NCBI GenBank assembly: GCA_013239625.1
Contig: MU054132.1
Location: 496,001 to 560,000, forward strand
Reading direction: 5' to 3'
Origin: Lama guanicoe
Lineage: Eukaryota
Length of the DNA: 64,000 bases
The notes under the pieces were generated by a model that made no database searches, was not told the DNA's origin, and saw nothing but the letters and a program-made list of their open reading frames with translations. Shown in pieces: positions 13,707 through 27,378 of the stretch. Numbering within the stretch: position 1 is the first letter of the stretch; each line of letters begins with the position of its first letter. The position numbers and the translations under genes were made by a program.

Positions 13707-16160
13707 CTGTTGGGTAGAAGTTGTATTAAAATTGGTTAAATAAATGCCCTGGCAATGATGTAACATATATTAATCAAATATGTGCTAAATCTCATTAGTT
13801 TTACATTTAATAATTCTAGCCAAGTCAATAATTCAAAAGGAAGAAAACATCTAATCACTAACATTTTTGAGACTGAAAACACTATGAACTGTGCTGCAAA
13901 ATAGGTGAGAGAAACAACCTCAGCCCTAGCAAATGGGAGGATGGGTAAGTTCATGTCTGTCATTTGGATTTAGTCCTTATTTCCTAGTTCTTGTCAGCTA
14001 AGCCTCAAATTCTGAGCAATTTCAAGTGTTAATGGTCATATTTGGCTCTGGAGAAAAATAAGAAAACTCGTGAGTATCAAACAGTAACACAGCTGATTAA
14101 TCAAAGTTTAAGAATCAGTACTCATGGATGTACAAATAATAGTTGAGATAGAAGGCTGAAGAAAAGGAGTTGGTTAAAAAAGTTTTTAATTAAGAATTCA
14201 GCTTAATCAAATCTTTTAGAGACTCCTTCAGTAACATCACTTTTGTACAAATCCTGCTTTTAAAAAACTGAATGATTAAAAAAAGAATGATGTATATATT
14301 TTCATAGAATACTATTATTACAGAGGGCTAGACTTTCTCAAGGCAGATTTGGGGGGAGAAGGGAAACTTCAAAATTAACTGGGTTCATGAAAATCTATGC
14401 CAGACTCTGCAAAGCAAAAGTGAAAATAAGATAATTTACTGGCCTTTCTGTTGAACTCTATTTTTTGATCCTTGGCAAAAAGAAGAAAAAAAATTCAAAG
14501 AAGGATAAATAAGATCTCCTCCTTAAGATTATGGAAATATGATTTACTTTCCAACTATCAGACAAGTGAAGATCACAGCTGCTCTAAGTGGCTGTCTTAA
14601 TCTCCTAACTAATCTGCTTTCACCTTCAACATATGTCCTATCACAGTCCCAGCTTTATAAAGTACCTAAAGAATGTCATGATAGTGTCCACTAAGTTTGA
14701 GTAACAAGAATGATTCATCTGAGATCAATTAAGAATATAATTCATTAATGAGTGTAAGAATATGTTGAATGTGAAGAAAAATAACTAAAGATAAGCAAAG
14801 TACCTATTGACAAGTACTTAGAAAGCTGTAACTTTGAAGAATCAGCAGTGGCTATATTTTGTATTGCTCCAGAAGGCCAGATCAGTACTAATGGGCAGAT
14901 TTCTTTCAGGAAGCCTATTTTCATTCGACATAAACATGCTCAGGCTATTTTACAATAATTTGCTTCTTGGTGGCAAACTTGGTGACACTTAAAATGGTGA
15001 ATATATGTAAATGCTTCCCACTCCAAAAAGGCCCTCTAATGCCTCCCACCAATCAAATCTATTATGTACAGTCTTATATGCATCTGAAACTCACTGCTGA
15101 ATAAAATCCAGAGGGTTGGGTTGATTAATTTTATTTCTATTCTTTTACAAATATCCTTAAAGTTACACCACTCTACTCACACAGTTCCTAAGGAGTACCA
15201 CTTAAAATATTCAATATTCTGAATTTAAACCTAATTTACAACTAGATATAAATCAATGTAATTGTAAGAGGCTCTCTTTATCTAGGAAAAACTTCTGACA
15301 GGTCTAACTTTAAAATGAAGTTTTTTACCTTAACCACAGTGAAAAATGTCTTCATTTAAAAATTTTTTGAATGCTTAAAGTGATGGCTGGGTTGATTCTC
15401 AACCAGAAGAGAAATTTCCAAAAGGTGTTAGGTGGTTAGGTTAAATTTTTTAAGGCATATTTAACATATATTTACATTGGGAAAAACAGAAGATTATCAA
15501 AGAGAGGTGAAAGATCAGACTAAGCAGCTCTCCTCTAGAGGAATATGTTTTCATTATACTATTCCCATTATATCTTGTTTCATGTTGGGGATTTGTGGTA
15601 AACCATTTCTTCATTTATTTCTTAAAAATCTGTTATGCTATTGTCAAGTTAAATCTATTAGCAACTGATTTAAAAACATGACAAAAGAAAACTAAGTTCT
15701 AATCTAGTTCCAGCTTTATAAAGTACCTAAACATATTTTTCAAAAATGTTCAGTATGAAGTAAAGAAAAAAATCCTTAACCAACATTAACTACTTTTCCT
15801 TCTCTAAGAGGTTATTTTGCTGGAGAGTTTTGTTTAACTTTCTGTCACAGTTTCATATGTAAAAGAAGTTTAAGAAAAATTGGACTGGTCTAAACTATAC
15901 TTTTAGAACCAAAGAGGTAATGAGACCAAAAAAAGAATTAGACATTTCCTTCTTAGGGAAAAAAAAATAAATAAATGGGGGAGGGACTCTATGCCATCAA
16001 ATCTAAATAGGTATATATACTTTGCAGATTTTTAAATTTACATTTTATCACAATTGTATTTCATACAATTGAACTCATATACTCTGAACTTTTGAAAGCC
16101 AATTTTTTTCTCCCACAAAACGAGGTTAAAACTTGACAAGCACATATTAATTTGGCTTAC

Positions 16161-19100
16161 CTTTCTGTTAAATAAACATTTTCTTCAATCAGATCAAAGT
16201 AACAAGGCATCTTCCCTTGCTTGGCACATTCCTTCCACCGCTGTGGGTCCCTGAAGTCCTCCATGACGCAGGAAGGCCCAACTAGCGCTGAACCTAAGGG
16301 CACTGCTGTCTCTCCCTGCTCTACTTCCACTCTGACTTTCTTTCTGTCCTGAAGCTCACCATCACTTTCAGAATCACTCTCCAATTCCTGTCTCCTTTTC
16401 TTAAGAGGTCCTCTATCTTTCATATCATTTTTTTCTAAGTTTTTCGAAAGATCTTTCTTTTCATTCACAGCTAAAGAGTCCTTAATGGAATTGCTGCTTA
16501 TTTCAGGTGCTTGAACTGACCCCTTGTCCTTCTGAAGGGATAGAAAAAATTTACTGGCCTGGCTTGAAAAGTGAGATCCTGCATGTTGATCCCAATTCTC
16601 CTCCTCTTCACGGTCATCTGTTAAGGAATCTGGTACCTGTCCCTGAATTCGATCATACACAACCCCAGTTCCAGGAGGTCTACCTGCTGATCTTGGATCC
16701 CAGTAGCCATTGCCTTGCCAATAATTACGTGTCCCACTATACTGTTCTGTACTTTGCTGATACTTATGTCCACCACAGGCTCCATAGCTGCTGTCAGGTT
16801 GCTGGTATGTGGTAGTAGGCTTTTCTTGTTGAGAGAAGTCCCACCCTAGGTTTCTGAGCTCTTCTGATGAATGGAAACCATCCACTCGAGATACCTCACA
16901 AGAGGAAGAAAAACTTAGCTCTGTTTTCCCCAGTCTACTGTCTGGCCTGTTGGAGAAAGTAGTCTGTTGCCGAGACTTATTTGAGACACCTTCAAAATCA
17001 TCAGAAGAATAAACTGGCAGCTCTTCTTGCTGCCTAGAAGCTATTTTGGCTTTCACTATTCCCTCAAAATTTGGATGACCTAGAAGGTCAGATTTCACGT
17101 CTGAATGACTTGTACTATCAACCCCATCACTCTGAGGATGAGCAATTTCAGACAGGTGATTATCTATTTGTTTTCGACTGGGCTGTGTAAAAGAAATTTC
17201 TGGATTCTTCTCTGCTCCTTTATGAAGGAAGAACTTCTCAGTTTGAGGACAGGCTTTACTTGCTATACTCTCAAATTTTTCCTCATATGAATGTCTCCTT
17301 GGCTCCAATCTCTCATCTTCCCAGTGGTCAGAATAGTGTCTGTAACTTTGACTGCTCCGAGAAGAACAAGGACTTGTTTCTTCCATGGGCAAAGTAGAAT
17401 TTTTTGGCACAACCACAACAGATTGAAGACGGTTTCTTGGAATACTGCTATCATCAGAATCTGTATCTTCTGAATCACTTTCATCACTTGAACTTTCCGA
17501 AGAACCAGAATAATCTTCATGAACAGTAGACACAATCTCTGAGGCGTGACCACTACTGTCACATTTTAAGGTATATGTTACACCATCACTGTCCTCCATG
17601 GTTAAATTTAAATCACAAGAAGAAAATACAACTTCTGAATCATCAGAAGTATGTGCATGTCCTCTTCCACCTTCTTCATCTAAAGAGGTTTTTGGTCTTC
17701 CTCTTCTAACAGGCAATATGGAATTTCCTTCTTCTTGAGCCTCCTGCACACATTTCCCAGACAACCCATTATTATGCCTGTTTTCCCAGGAAGCAAATCC
17801 CCTTCCTGAATCAGGAAGGCCACTACCTACTTCTATTATTGTTTCTTTCTCTGCATGCTTTAAAAACTCTGCGCTTTTACTCTTCAGCACAGCATCCAAA
17901 ACTGGAGATGTGTTCTCTCCACACTGCAAGAGAGTTAAACTGTCCACTTTTATTCCTGGTGGAAGATTCTGAAGAGATGAAGCAATACATGAGCTCCCTA
18001 TAGGTTGATATAAATTATCAAAATGATTAACAGAAGTTGAACTAGTACTACCAACAGTCTCCTGATATTCGCCACATGCAAATTTTGAGTGCTGATCTGT
18101 CAGATTTCTATTATCACACATTACTGTTTTCGATTTCAAATGCACATTCATAAAGCTATTTGAAGAAATCTTCGTAACTAAAGGATCAATATTTTCAGCT
18201 TCGGAATGACACAAAGAAGGGCGGTTGTTATTTGAAGTACAGTATATATCTGAATCTTTGGTTTTACAGCAAGAAACTCTCATGTCAACTGGCTCTTTAA
18301 CTATTGTTTTGGAATAATCTATAGTCCTAACTGGCAAAGACATAAGTTTATCTTGGTGTGGGGACACCAGAGGTTCTGTTTCTCTAAAAGGGCTTTCTGA
18401 CTTACTATGCTGCATGCAAGTATCAGTCAAGTCTTTTTCTTTACATCTATTAATATTCTGAAATCCATTTGATGAAACCATGCATGCTTTGACCAAAGGG
18501 GATACCTCCGATCCAGTCACACTGTCATCAGAAGACATCAAAACAGTGTCAGTTTTAGAAGTGCAAAATGTTGCCAAATCAGATTCTGCCCCAGGAGATC
18601 CATTTATATTTAATTCTGTGGGACAATAACTTCTTAATTGATCATTCTTCACTTTACATAAAGAGTTTAAATCCTTAATACTATCATGGCTATCTTGTCC
18701 TATAAATTCAGACTTAAAAATAGGCAATTCATCTGACTTTTTATAAGTAGGTGAATCATTTAATCGATTTGATGGAGATGGAGAACCAGTCTTTTCTCTT
18801 TCAGGAATTTTACTAATCATTCTTAAATCACTACCTTTTGAACAAGGAGTCTGTAAACTAAAAGAATGAGACTGTTTGATTTCCTCATTCAGTTCTGTAC
18901 AACAGAAAGAATTTTTAAATTTATCAGACTTGGATATAGGTTTTGAAGGGGCAGATTTATAACGGGAAACACTGTTATCATGCTTGGAATATGATGATCC
19001 CCGTCGGAATCCCAGTTCATTAGGGGGAGAACATCTTTTCACTGCTTCATTTTCTGAAGTCCTTTTGGATTCTCTTTCTAATTTTGAAGAATACTTTCCT

Positions 19101-20521
19101 CTTCTCTCCATCTCTATGTAAGATGACTCAGTTTTACAGTCCCGATCAGATTTAGAATAGGATGATGATGTCCTTAGGTCTCTGTAAGATGAGGAATGAG
19201 ATGACGTTCTCCTTGAGTATGTCTTTTTATACTCATCTTCTGAGTCAGAACTCTCTCGTGCCCTGTTATCTGTATACAGCCGAGAATAGCGTGCCCTCTC
19301 TCGATAAGGGGAACTCCTATGGTAGCGACGATCAGAGTCGTAATAATGGGATCGTTCTGATCGGGAATAAGATGAACTAGTTCTAGAGCCTCTGTCAGAT
19401 CTAGAACGAGATCTGCTCCGCCTTCGCTCTCTCTCTGATCTACAGCGAGAAGATATATACCGAGTATCTCTTTCAAGTTTTGAGTAGCTAAAATATTTAT
19501 CATCTCTCTCTGTTTTAGATCGTGACGATTTCCCTAAATCCTCACTTTTTAAAGGTGCTAAGCTCTTTTTTGAATCTCTTTCTTTTTCAATGCTTGCTGA
19601 AAATTTTAAATCATGGGATCTTTGACTTGAAGAAGTCCGTACAGAATCTTCATCAGATTCTGAACCAAGAAAGGTGCCTTCAGATTGTGAGGATTTCTTC
19701 TTAGAACCTGTTTTTTTAGAGACCAGACTACTCTTAGAACTATCTGGAATTTCTTCCTTCCCAATATGGGAATCTTCTTTTTGTGAAGGAATATCTGTTT
19801 GCTCATTCAAATTTTGACTTACATGTTCTTCTGAACTATTGGATACAGAGTCCTGCTTAGTGTCCACTTCTGAAGATTCTGGTACAATTTTAACTGGTGG
19901 TTCCTTCAAGGCTCTAGTGGATACATCTACTGGTGCTGTCATCAGAACTGTTATTGGTGTGTGTGGCAAGGCCACTGGCTCTGTTACTGGTGCTGGTGAT
20001 GGGGGTGTTGCAGCTTGGGGAGGTGGAGGTGGTGGAGGTGGAGATGAAGGTGGAGAGTCTACAGTTGTTGATTCTGCTATGATTGCTGGTAATGGTACTA
20101 TGGGAGGAGGTGGAGACGCCACTGCTGTGGTAGTAGTCAACAGTGGCCTGGATGTTACATGAAGCAGATGTTTCTTAAAGTGAATTTTGCCCAATTCTAC
20201 CCTTGATTTTGGTGGGGAAGATTCTTCTGCAGTAGTTAAGGTATCTCCAATGTCTGTTTTAATTTTAGGTGTTGAGTCTACTTGAAGAGGTACAGCTGGA
20301 GAGTTTGGAGTATCATTCTGCTTTTCATTCCCAAGTGCAGCCAGAAACCTGTTCTGCAAAGTTTTCTTTGTAAGGCTGAAGCTGAATGATACCTTCTGCC
20401 GTCCCTGTTCCTCCAAATTAACTTTTGTCTTGGTGCCTTTGGGCAAAAACCGACTAGAAGCAACACCTTTGAACATTGGTCCTTTGATGAAACCTGTTTT
20501 CTGCACATTTTCAATCTTTGC
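16161..20521 (-). CDS. SETD2: SETD2 exon 3, 4361-nt giant internal exon (AKIENVQKTG...NVYLTE-R); Pro-rich, RS-rich and Ser/acidic low-complexity region
   Basis: 1449-aa ORF 16157..20506 plus 5 upstream codons; acceptor tttgttcatttatAG at 20523-20522; donor AG|GTAAGC at 16160. Confidence 0.98.
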
Positions 20522-20976
20522 CTATAAATGAACAAAAAAAGCAGTTATTACTACAATAAAGTTCAGGCTAGCATCACAGTTTAAAATGTCAGGGAAATGA
20601 AAAGTCCTTTTTAATGACAAACAGCATGAATTAGACTAAGCTATATAAACATTTTTAAAAACTATTATGGAAAGTTTCAAATATACTCAAAAATATAGAG
20701 ACTAGTATAATAAACCTCTAAGTACTCAGTCCCAGTTTCAACAATTACCCATATTTTTCCATTCTTTTTGTCTCTTACATAAAGAATTTTATCCAGTTTT
20801 ATGACTATTTTGGAGGCAGAATTTTTAACGAGAATATTTTTTTAAAATCTGATGTGTATTTCAAGATAATACAAAAGGACATGTGGATAGAGAAAAATAG
20901 CTAACATCTACCTCTGTAATGAAAACAGTTAGTTCTTGTGTTCTATCTGAGAAGAAACATCAGAAGTCATTATAAC

Positions 20977-21158
20977 CAGTGGTCTCCTGGCATCACACAG
21001 AATCACTTAGGTGCTTGGCAGAAATACAGATCTATGACAAAACTCCAGGGAGTATCAATTCAACAGCTCTAAGGTGAACAAGAAAGTTTATTTTTTGTTT
21101 TTTGAAAATAAGCACCTCAGGCAATTCTGATGGACTTCCTAGATTTGGGAAACCACTG
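20977..21158. mobile_element. MER5-family hAT MITE
   Basis: Terminal inverted repeats CAGTGGTCTCC ... GGAAACCACTG, about 180 bp long. Confidence 0.7.
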
Positions 21159-21974
21159 CTGCAGAGCAGTGTCCCATCTCACTCATTTCACAGATAAGGA
21201 AACCAAATGAGAAGCAGACCTTTCTGCCTTTCTGGAAATCACTCTGCCCTGGTACACTACTGCTGTGTCTGCCTGAGCCCCACACACCAAGGCCATGCTA
21301 ATTTATAGTCTGATTCTACTGCAAGTAACAACTACAAAGAATATATCTAAGAAGACTTCTCCCTCCAAAATTTGCCAAACCACCCAAGGAAATGGTGAGC
21401 TTTAGAAGTTAAAGGCATAACCTAAGTTATAGAGAGAACATCAGAAAAATCTACACCAACAAACTCAAGCCTAAATTAAAGATGGTACATATGTCATCTA
21501 CAACATTTTTCTGATTGATGGTCTTCAATCAACTCTGGCTATTTAAAAGAATAGTTTTCCCCTCCAATATGGTAAAATATGAAATTAGTTTTCAAAATTA
21601 TGTAGCAACCATTTAAGTGGGACAGTAAATGTTTTCACATGCATTATCATACAGCAGGGTGGTCTTCAAATACTTTTTAAGAAAATGAATTCACTTTTCA
21701 TATTAAACCTTACATGGAAACTCAATACATAAAAACAAGTAAAAAGCTGTCTCCAAAGTTGCCAGCTCCTTTACCTTGACTAAAGCTCTTGAAGCTCCCA
21801 AGTTTAAAAACCTGTTTCCTGCCATAAACAACATCCCTCACTGAAATGAGTTACCATAGATCCAAAAACAAAATTAAGCGAAAACTACTACTTCATTTCA
21901 CATTCAAAACGACAGCTACCTTTTGAATGTTTTCAATCCCATGATCACTGAATACCTAATTAAACTATACTTAC

Positions 21975-21990
21975 CTCATTTTCTTCTTCT
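21975..21990 (-). CDS. SETD2: SETD2 exon 2, 16-nt microexon (AGAAGAAGAAAATGAG; E-EEENE)
   Basis: Acceptor ..gcaatAG at 21992-21991 and donor GAG|GTAAGT at 21974. It bridges phase 2 (exon 1) to phase 0 (exon 3) to give PTPEEEENEAKIEN. Confidence 0.95.
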
Positions 21991-22179
21991 CTATTGCCAT
22001 CCAGCCAAGGAAGCATGCAAAAGAACAAAAAGAAATCATAAATACTTAAAACTGATTAAAATGTAATTTTTTTTTTTACTAAAACTTAGCATATCTACAA
22101 CCTACAGGTATATTCTATGCAGATTGTCTGTTCCTTCTAGCCTCAGTTACATTTAGTATAGCAAATAATTTAACGAAGA

Positions 22180-22935
22180 TAGTGCCATGCACTGTGCTAG
22201 GTGCTGGAGAGAAAAGGTGAATAAAGCCAAGTCCGTGCCCTCAAGAAGCTCTGACAGTTCCCTGTAAACACAATCTTGCTATAAAAGTAATTCCAACATA
22301 ATGGAGTAAATACAAGGATAGAAATATGCACAGTGTAACAGCAAAGAGGAAGATAAGCAACTCAGTTGCATGGAAAGATAGGAATGCAAAAAATCATTTC
22401 TAAAGAAAAAAATAGTTTTTTGAAGAATATATTTGCAATGAGATCCTAAGCAGAGGAAAATCCCAGGCAATGCAGGTATAGAGATTAAAAACATAGAACA
22501 AATATGTGCAAGGAACCTATAAACAGTTCAGTATCACCTGAGTATAAAGTTTAAGGCAGAAAGAAGCCAATAATTAGGTGAAGTAGGAGGCAGTGGCCAG
22601 GTCTCTTATGATGAGAAACATTTTATCTTATGAATTAGCAGTTCTCAACATGTTCTGGTGTCCATTCAACAGTCCCTTTGTTGAAGGCAAGATATACATT
22701 CTGCTCCATAGCAGAGCATGCAGCGCTCTTAAGCTCACAGTTACATTCTAGCAAACGTGACCACACTGTGTTCCAACTGAGGAATCAGAAGCCAAAAGTC
22801 TGGTGCACACCAATGTGTTAAAGCATACAGGGGAAAAAGAAGGTACAGAAGGGCTGTAGGATATGACAGCCAGATTTGCATTTTAAGCAGGTCACTCTGT
22901 AGGCTATACGGCAAGACTGGAGTACAATAATCTGT
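22180..22935. mobile_element. L2 remnant (interrupted); similar purine-rich L2-like segment at about 24300-24960
   Basis: gtgccatgcactgtgctaggtgctggaga...tgccctcaagaagct...agatttgcattttaagcaggtcactctg. Confidence 0.6.
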
Positions 22936-25129
22936 CTTAAATGCCCTTTAAAAGAAATGTACAAAAAATTCTTTCCTTAAATGTAGGCTCAACTCCACCA
23001 TAATTCAGTCCATTCACCAGTGTCCACGGTAGCCATACAAAACGAAGTAATGAAGGGGAAAAATCCTGGCAATACATGGATGAGATCTGAAGTAGCACCA
23101 GGGTTAAACACTTTGTCTTCTTCAAAATCACTTAACACTTCACAGATGTGATCTTAGAACCACCATATTTCATCACTTCTATGATGTAGAGTTTCCCCAT
23201 ATGTAACACCTCTGCAGGATGCATCATACTATCAAAAATATCAGTTTAACTGCCAGAGTTTTTGCCTTTATGAATCCTCTAGTGATTCATAAAATAATTC
23301 TGTCTTACAACCTACCTAGATTTTAAATTAGTACCATGTGAAGAAAAAAAAAAACAAAACAGAAAAGGTACCTGTAGATATCCAAGCATTTAGAGTATCA
23401 TTCGTATTTGTATCCCTCTTTTCAGTGGACATTTAAAAGCATTCATGCTTGTCCACATAATATACATATACACAAAGTGCTGGAAATTCAGAGGTTACCA
23501 GAACCCTTTCCTAAGCCTCAGCACTTCTACTTTGCACAAACAAGTGAAAAGACTAATCCTGACAAACTGTAATGAAAGTCATCCCATGGTCAAAGGACTG
23601 ACGAAATACTAAAATGTGGGATTTGGACAGGGAAGTGAGGGGAAGAAAAAAAGTTTCATTTCAGAAATCAGAGAATTGCTTTACAGAGATAGCAAGGCAT
23701 TTCCCACAGTTTGGTAATTTTTCGAAGTTTGTAATAAAAAGAATCTAAAAACACACACACAAAATTTGGGGGACAGGGGAAAATATCAAATATTTCTCAT
23801 CTTAAAAATATTTCATGCTAATGGAGAAAAATCAAATTACAAACAAGCAAAAAAAAAAAATAAAGTCCACAAACCAATCCATCCAGAGACAACTGCTGTT
23901 AACACACTGGTCTATAGAGCTTTCTAACATTTCTTTTGTGTAAATGGGCAGGGGGGGGGTGGGGGAGTTGTGTGTGTATGTGTTTGTTTAAAACAGAGAT
24001 CTTTGTTTTCTTTTTTAAGTACAGTAATCATACCACATGCATCATTCTGTATCCTTCCTTATCATAAATACAGCAAGTAAGCAAACAAGGTTTTTAGATC
24101 AAAGAAAAAAACATGGAATCACTACAAAAGATTGAGGAGGGAATGATCTTGAGAGAAGGGGATACAGATGAGTGAAGATACAGTTAAGTTTCAAAATAAA
24201 ACAGGAATATCTCTTTTGGCCTGTATGTCTCTCTGACATCATTAGATGAGAGTTAGAGGAAGGGACAAGGTAAAAGACTTGAAAATTCAAGTATGGGGAA
24301 CAAAAATGGAAGCAGGCTATAATCTTCAATGTTCCTGCCAAAGTTGGACATGACTAATTTATAACAGGGCTCGTCAGCACACTTATTCTACTTCTGCTGG
24401 CAGCATTAGGCTATCTTGAAGCAATGAAAGGCAACAACTGGTGAGTTACTCCAGCAAGCTGGATGGGAAAAAAAGAGGTAGAAGGCAAGAGGTTAAGAGA
24501 ACTGAAGGCATTCCCCAGAATGTTGAAATGACTTACCTAGAGATCAACAGATAATAGAGTAGGGAGTGAAATATGAAGGAAGCTGATAAACTGAAGGAAC
24601 GGAGCAGGGACAACATACCAGCAGCTTCAAAGAGTAGGTTTGGTGGAAACCAGACAGAGAAGTAGAAGGATATGGTAAAAGAATTGGAAATTATGGTCAG
24701 AGTAATATTTTAGAGTTGGGGTACACTTAGTGAGAAGACAATACACGGCTGTGGCCATGGGAGTAGACTGCCACAACAGTAAGAGGATAAGCCCTTTGTG
24801 AAAACATTAATGAAATTGTGAGGCCATAATTAATAGCAAGAATCAGCCACAAATGTTTTTAATAAAAGAATACCTTCTTTGGTAAAAAATACAAAATAAT
24901 GTCAAGAGCAAAGAATAGGGTTTTTGAAGGAACGCTGATGGAACAAGGGTATGGAAGCTAGAGCCAGGAGTACTGAGCCTCCTGTGCCGCCCACCACAAG
25001 AAATAAGGAGGTATGCAAAAACACGCATTTAACTCTCTAGCATGAGATCCTACTAGAATGCCTTATTTGTTGCTTTGAAAAGCTACTACAGAAGAAAAAC
25101 TAGAGGAATACCACAGCCAGTTTTCTGTC

Positions 25130-26230
25130 AAAATGTACAATATGTAGATCTGCAGCTTACTGAAGAAGTATATATAAAGAATTTTGATTAATCCATGTCA
25201 ACACAAAGACAAATCTCTATTAGGTCACAGGGTACATGTGGAAAAAGATTTGAGAGTATTAGTCATAGCAAGCTCAAAGAACCAACATGCTTATTAAAAT
25301 CAACCAACCAATGAAGTTCTTAGGCTAGGACATAAGAAGTAAAGTTTCCAAAAGGAGGCCTAGTATAATGAGATTTGATAAATATAAGCAAATTGGATGG
25401 AAAAGGAATCTATTCTAGATACCATGTCATATAAGAAATAGTTATAGTCAAATCAAAGTATTTTTATTTACTGTGGAAAAAAGACAATTTACAGGATCAT
25501 AGTGATTTATTTCAAAATATCAGACAACTTAGAAGATAAAATAGTCTTATTTTGCACAATTCCAAAAGTTAGACCTGTGACCAACAGAAGTACAGAATGA
25601 TAGATTTTAGCTCATTTTAAGTTAGAACATTTTAAATTAGTTTATTTATTTGAAAAAGTAATACATACAAACAAGGGAAAACTTTATCATACAGAGTTAT
25701 AGAACTAAAATTTGATCTCTACCCAGTGGCAACTATTGTTAAGTTTTGTACATCCTTCCAAAAACTGTGTGCATATATGAGCATATATATCCTTTTAAAG
25801 GAAAAAAGACATACACAAATAGAAACATACCTTTCTGCACCTTGTTTTCCTCCACTTAAAGCCTTGGATATCATTACATAGCAACATATTTAGACATAGC
25901 TTCAGTTGTAGTTTTACAAGCAAAACAGCTTTTCACGTTGTAAGTCATTGGTATTTTCTTTTTACTGGGAAGTGCTTTTTTGGGTCCTCTGTCAATCAAT
26001 TACCTATTGAGTTGCTGGTCTTTCTTAACTGCTTTCTAAAAACAAGATGTGAGGAATCTGGACCTGGAATATGTCACTGTACAGGGGTACTTAAGTTTCC
26101 TTGTCATCAGAAATGTTTAAGAAGAATCTGGATGAGAACTTACCTGAGATGAGATAGAATTCCTGTTCTAGATGTAAGGCTACAAGTGAGGCCCTTAGAA
26201 GTCTCATTCCAGGCCTTCAGTTTATTGAAT
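25130..26230 (+). mobile_element. Ancient CR1/L3-like remnant split by an antisense old L1 fragment (about 25630-26040)
   Basis: aaaagatttgagagtattagt...accatgtcatataagaa...ttccttgtcatcagaaatgtttaagaagaatctggatg. Confidence 0.45.
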
Positions 26231-26500
26231 ATCCTGAACCACAAATCAGAAAAGACCATTTTACTTTATCTTGATTTTAATAAGTAAAGACTTTAAAGAT
26301 TCACTCCTACCTCTTCTTTAACAATTTCTTACTAAAACTCAAATACTCCTCAAATACTTAAAGACAGTATTTCTCACATCTGAGTGACATATGGATAGCC
26401 TCTTTTAAAGGGAAAAAAAATTGTTAGATATCTAGGAACAAATCCTAATTTAAGAACACTGACTTAAGAAACTAAAATTAGTCTATTAAAATTTATTTTA

Positions 26501-26736
26501 CATTTGACCCTAGCACAACACGGGAGATTAGGGGTGCCAAACCCCAAACCCCAGAGTCGAAAACCCAGATATATGTTTATATGTAGCTTAACTACCCTCC
26601 ATATCTGCATTTCTGCATCTACAGATTCAACCAACTGAAGATTGTGTAGTTCACATTATGTTGTGCATATTTACTGAAAAAAATCCACATATAAGTGGTC
26701 ATGCAGTTCAAACCCCATGTCGTTCAGGGTCAACTG
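26501..26736. mobile_element. Tigger2-family (TcMar) non-autonomous element
   Basis: TIRs CATTTGACCCTAGCACAACACG / TGTCGTTCAGGGTCAACTG, flanked by TA at 26499-26500 and 26737-26738. Confidence 0.8.
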
Positions 26737-26903
26737 TACTTGAAAATTACCACTGAAAAGTAATGGTAGTTTTCAAGTAAAACAGATTTTGAAACTTAAA
26801 AATAGTTGTTAAGGTCTGTAAATTAGAAAATAGTATTATATCAATGTTACTTTCTTGGCATTAATAGTTGTACAGTGTTTATATAAGAAAATGTCTTTGT
26901 TTT

Positions 26904-27378
26904 ACAAAGTCCCACTCTACAGCACAGGGAACTATAGACAACGGCTTGTAGTAACCTGTAATGAAAAAGTGTATTATATATATAACCAAATCACTATGCT
27001 GTACACCAGAAAGTAATACAACACTGTAAATCAACTATTCTTCAATTTTTTTAAAAGTTAAAAAAAAAAAGCTTATGAAATATCCTTCCAAAAAAAAGAA
27101 AAAAGCAAGCTATGGAGGGCAGGGGCAGGAGAGTATAGCTCAGTGGTAGTGTGTGCTCGGCATATATGAGGTCCTGGGTTCAATCTCCAGTATCTCTGTT
27201 AATAAATAAACAAACCTATTTACCCTTCCCACCAAAAAAAAAAAAAAAAAATTCTAAAAAAAAAAAGAAAGCTATCTGAAGAGTATGGTTTCACTAAACA
27301 TTTGTCTGTAGTAAAAAAAAAACTAATCACCAAGACCTTTTATTAAAATAAACATTTGATCTAACATCAAACAAACAA
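26904..27378 (+). mobile_element. 5'-truncated L1 with 3' transduced DNA, inserted in an old L1M 3' UTR (about 26790-27615)
   Basis: 19-bp TSD (18/19 identical) at 26885-26903 and 27379-27397; L1 3' end 26904-27070; second AATAAA at 27347-27352. Confidence 0.75.
27114..27266 (+). mobile_element. tRNA-Ala-derived SINE (vic-1 type)
   Basis: A and B boxes, poly(A) tail; flanked by aaagcaagctat / aaagaaagctat (TSD-like). Confidence 0.85.

Noticed and set aside
19162..20162. Antisense and other off-frame ORFs inside exon 3
   Set aside because: Shadows of biased codon use in Pro/Ser/Arg-rich coding sequence, with no evident route to translation.
16157..20506. 1449-aa ORF as a stand-alone single-exon gene
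   Set aside because: Its 'start' is a GTG (Val) 15 nt inside a splice acceptor and its stop lies in the donor GTAAG; it is SETD2 exon 3.
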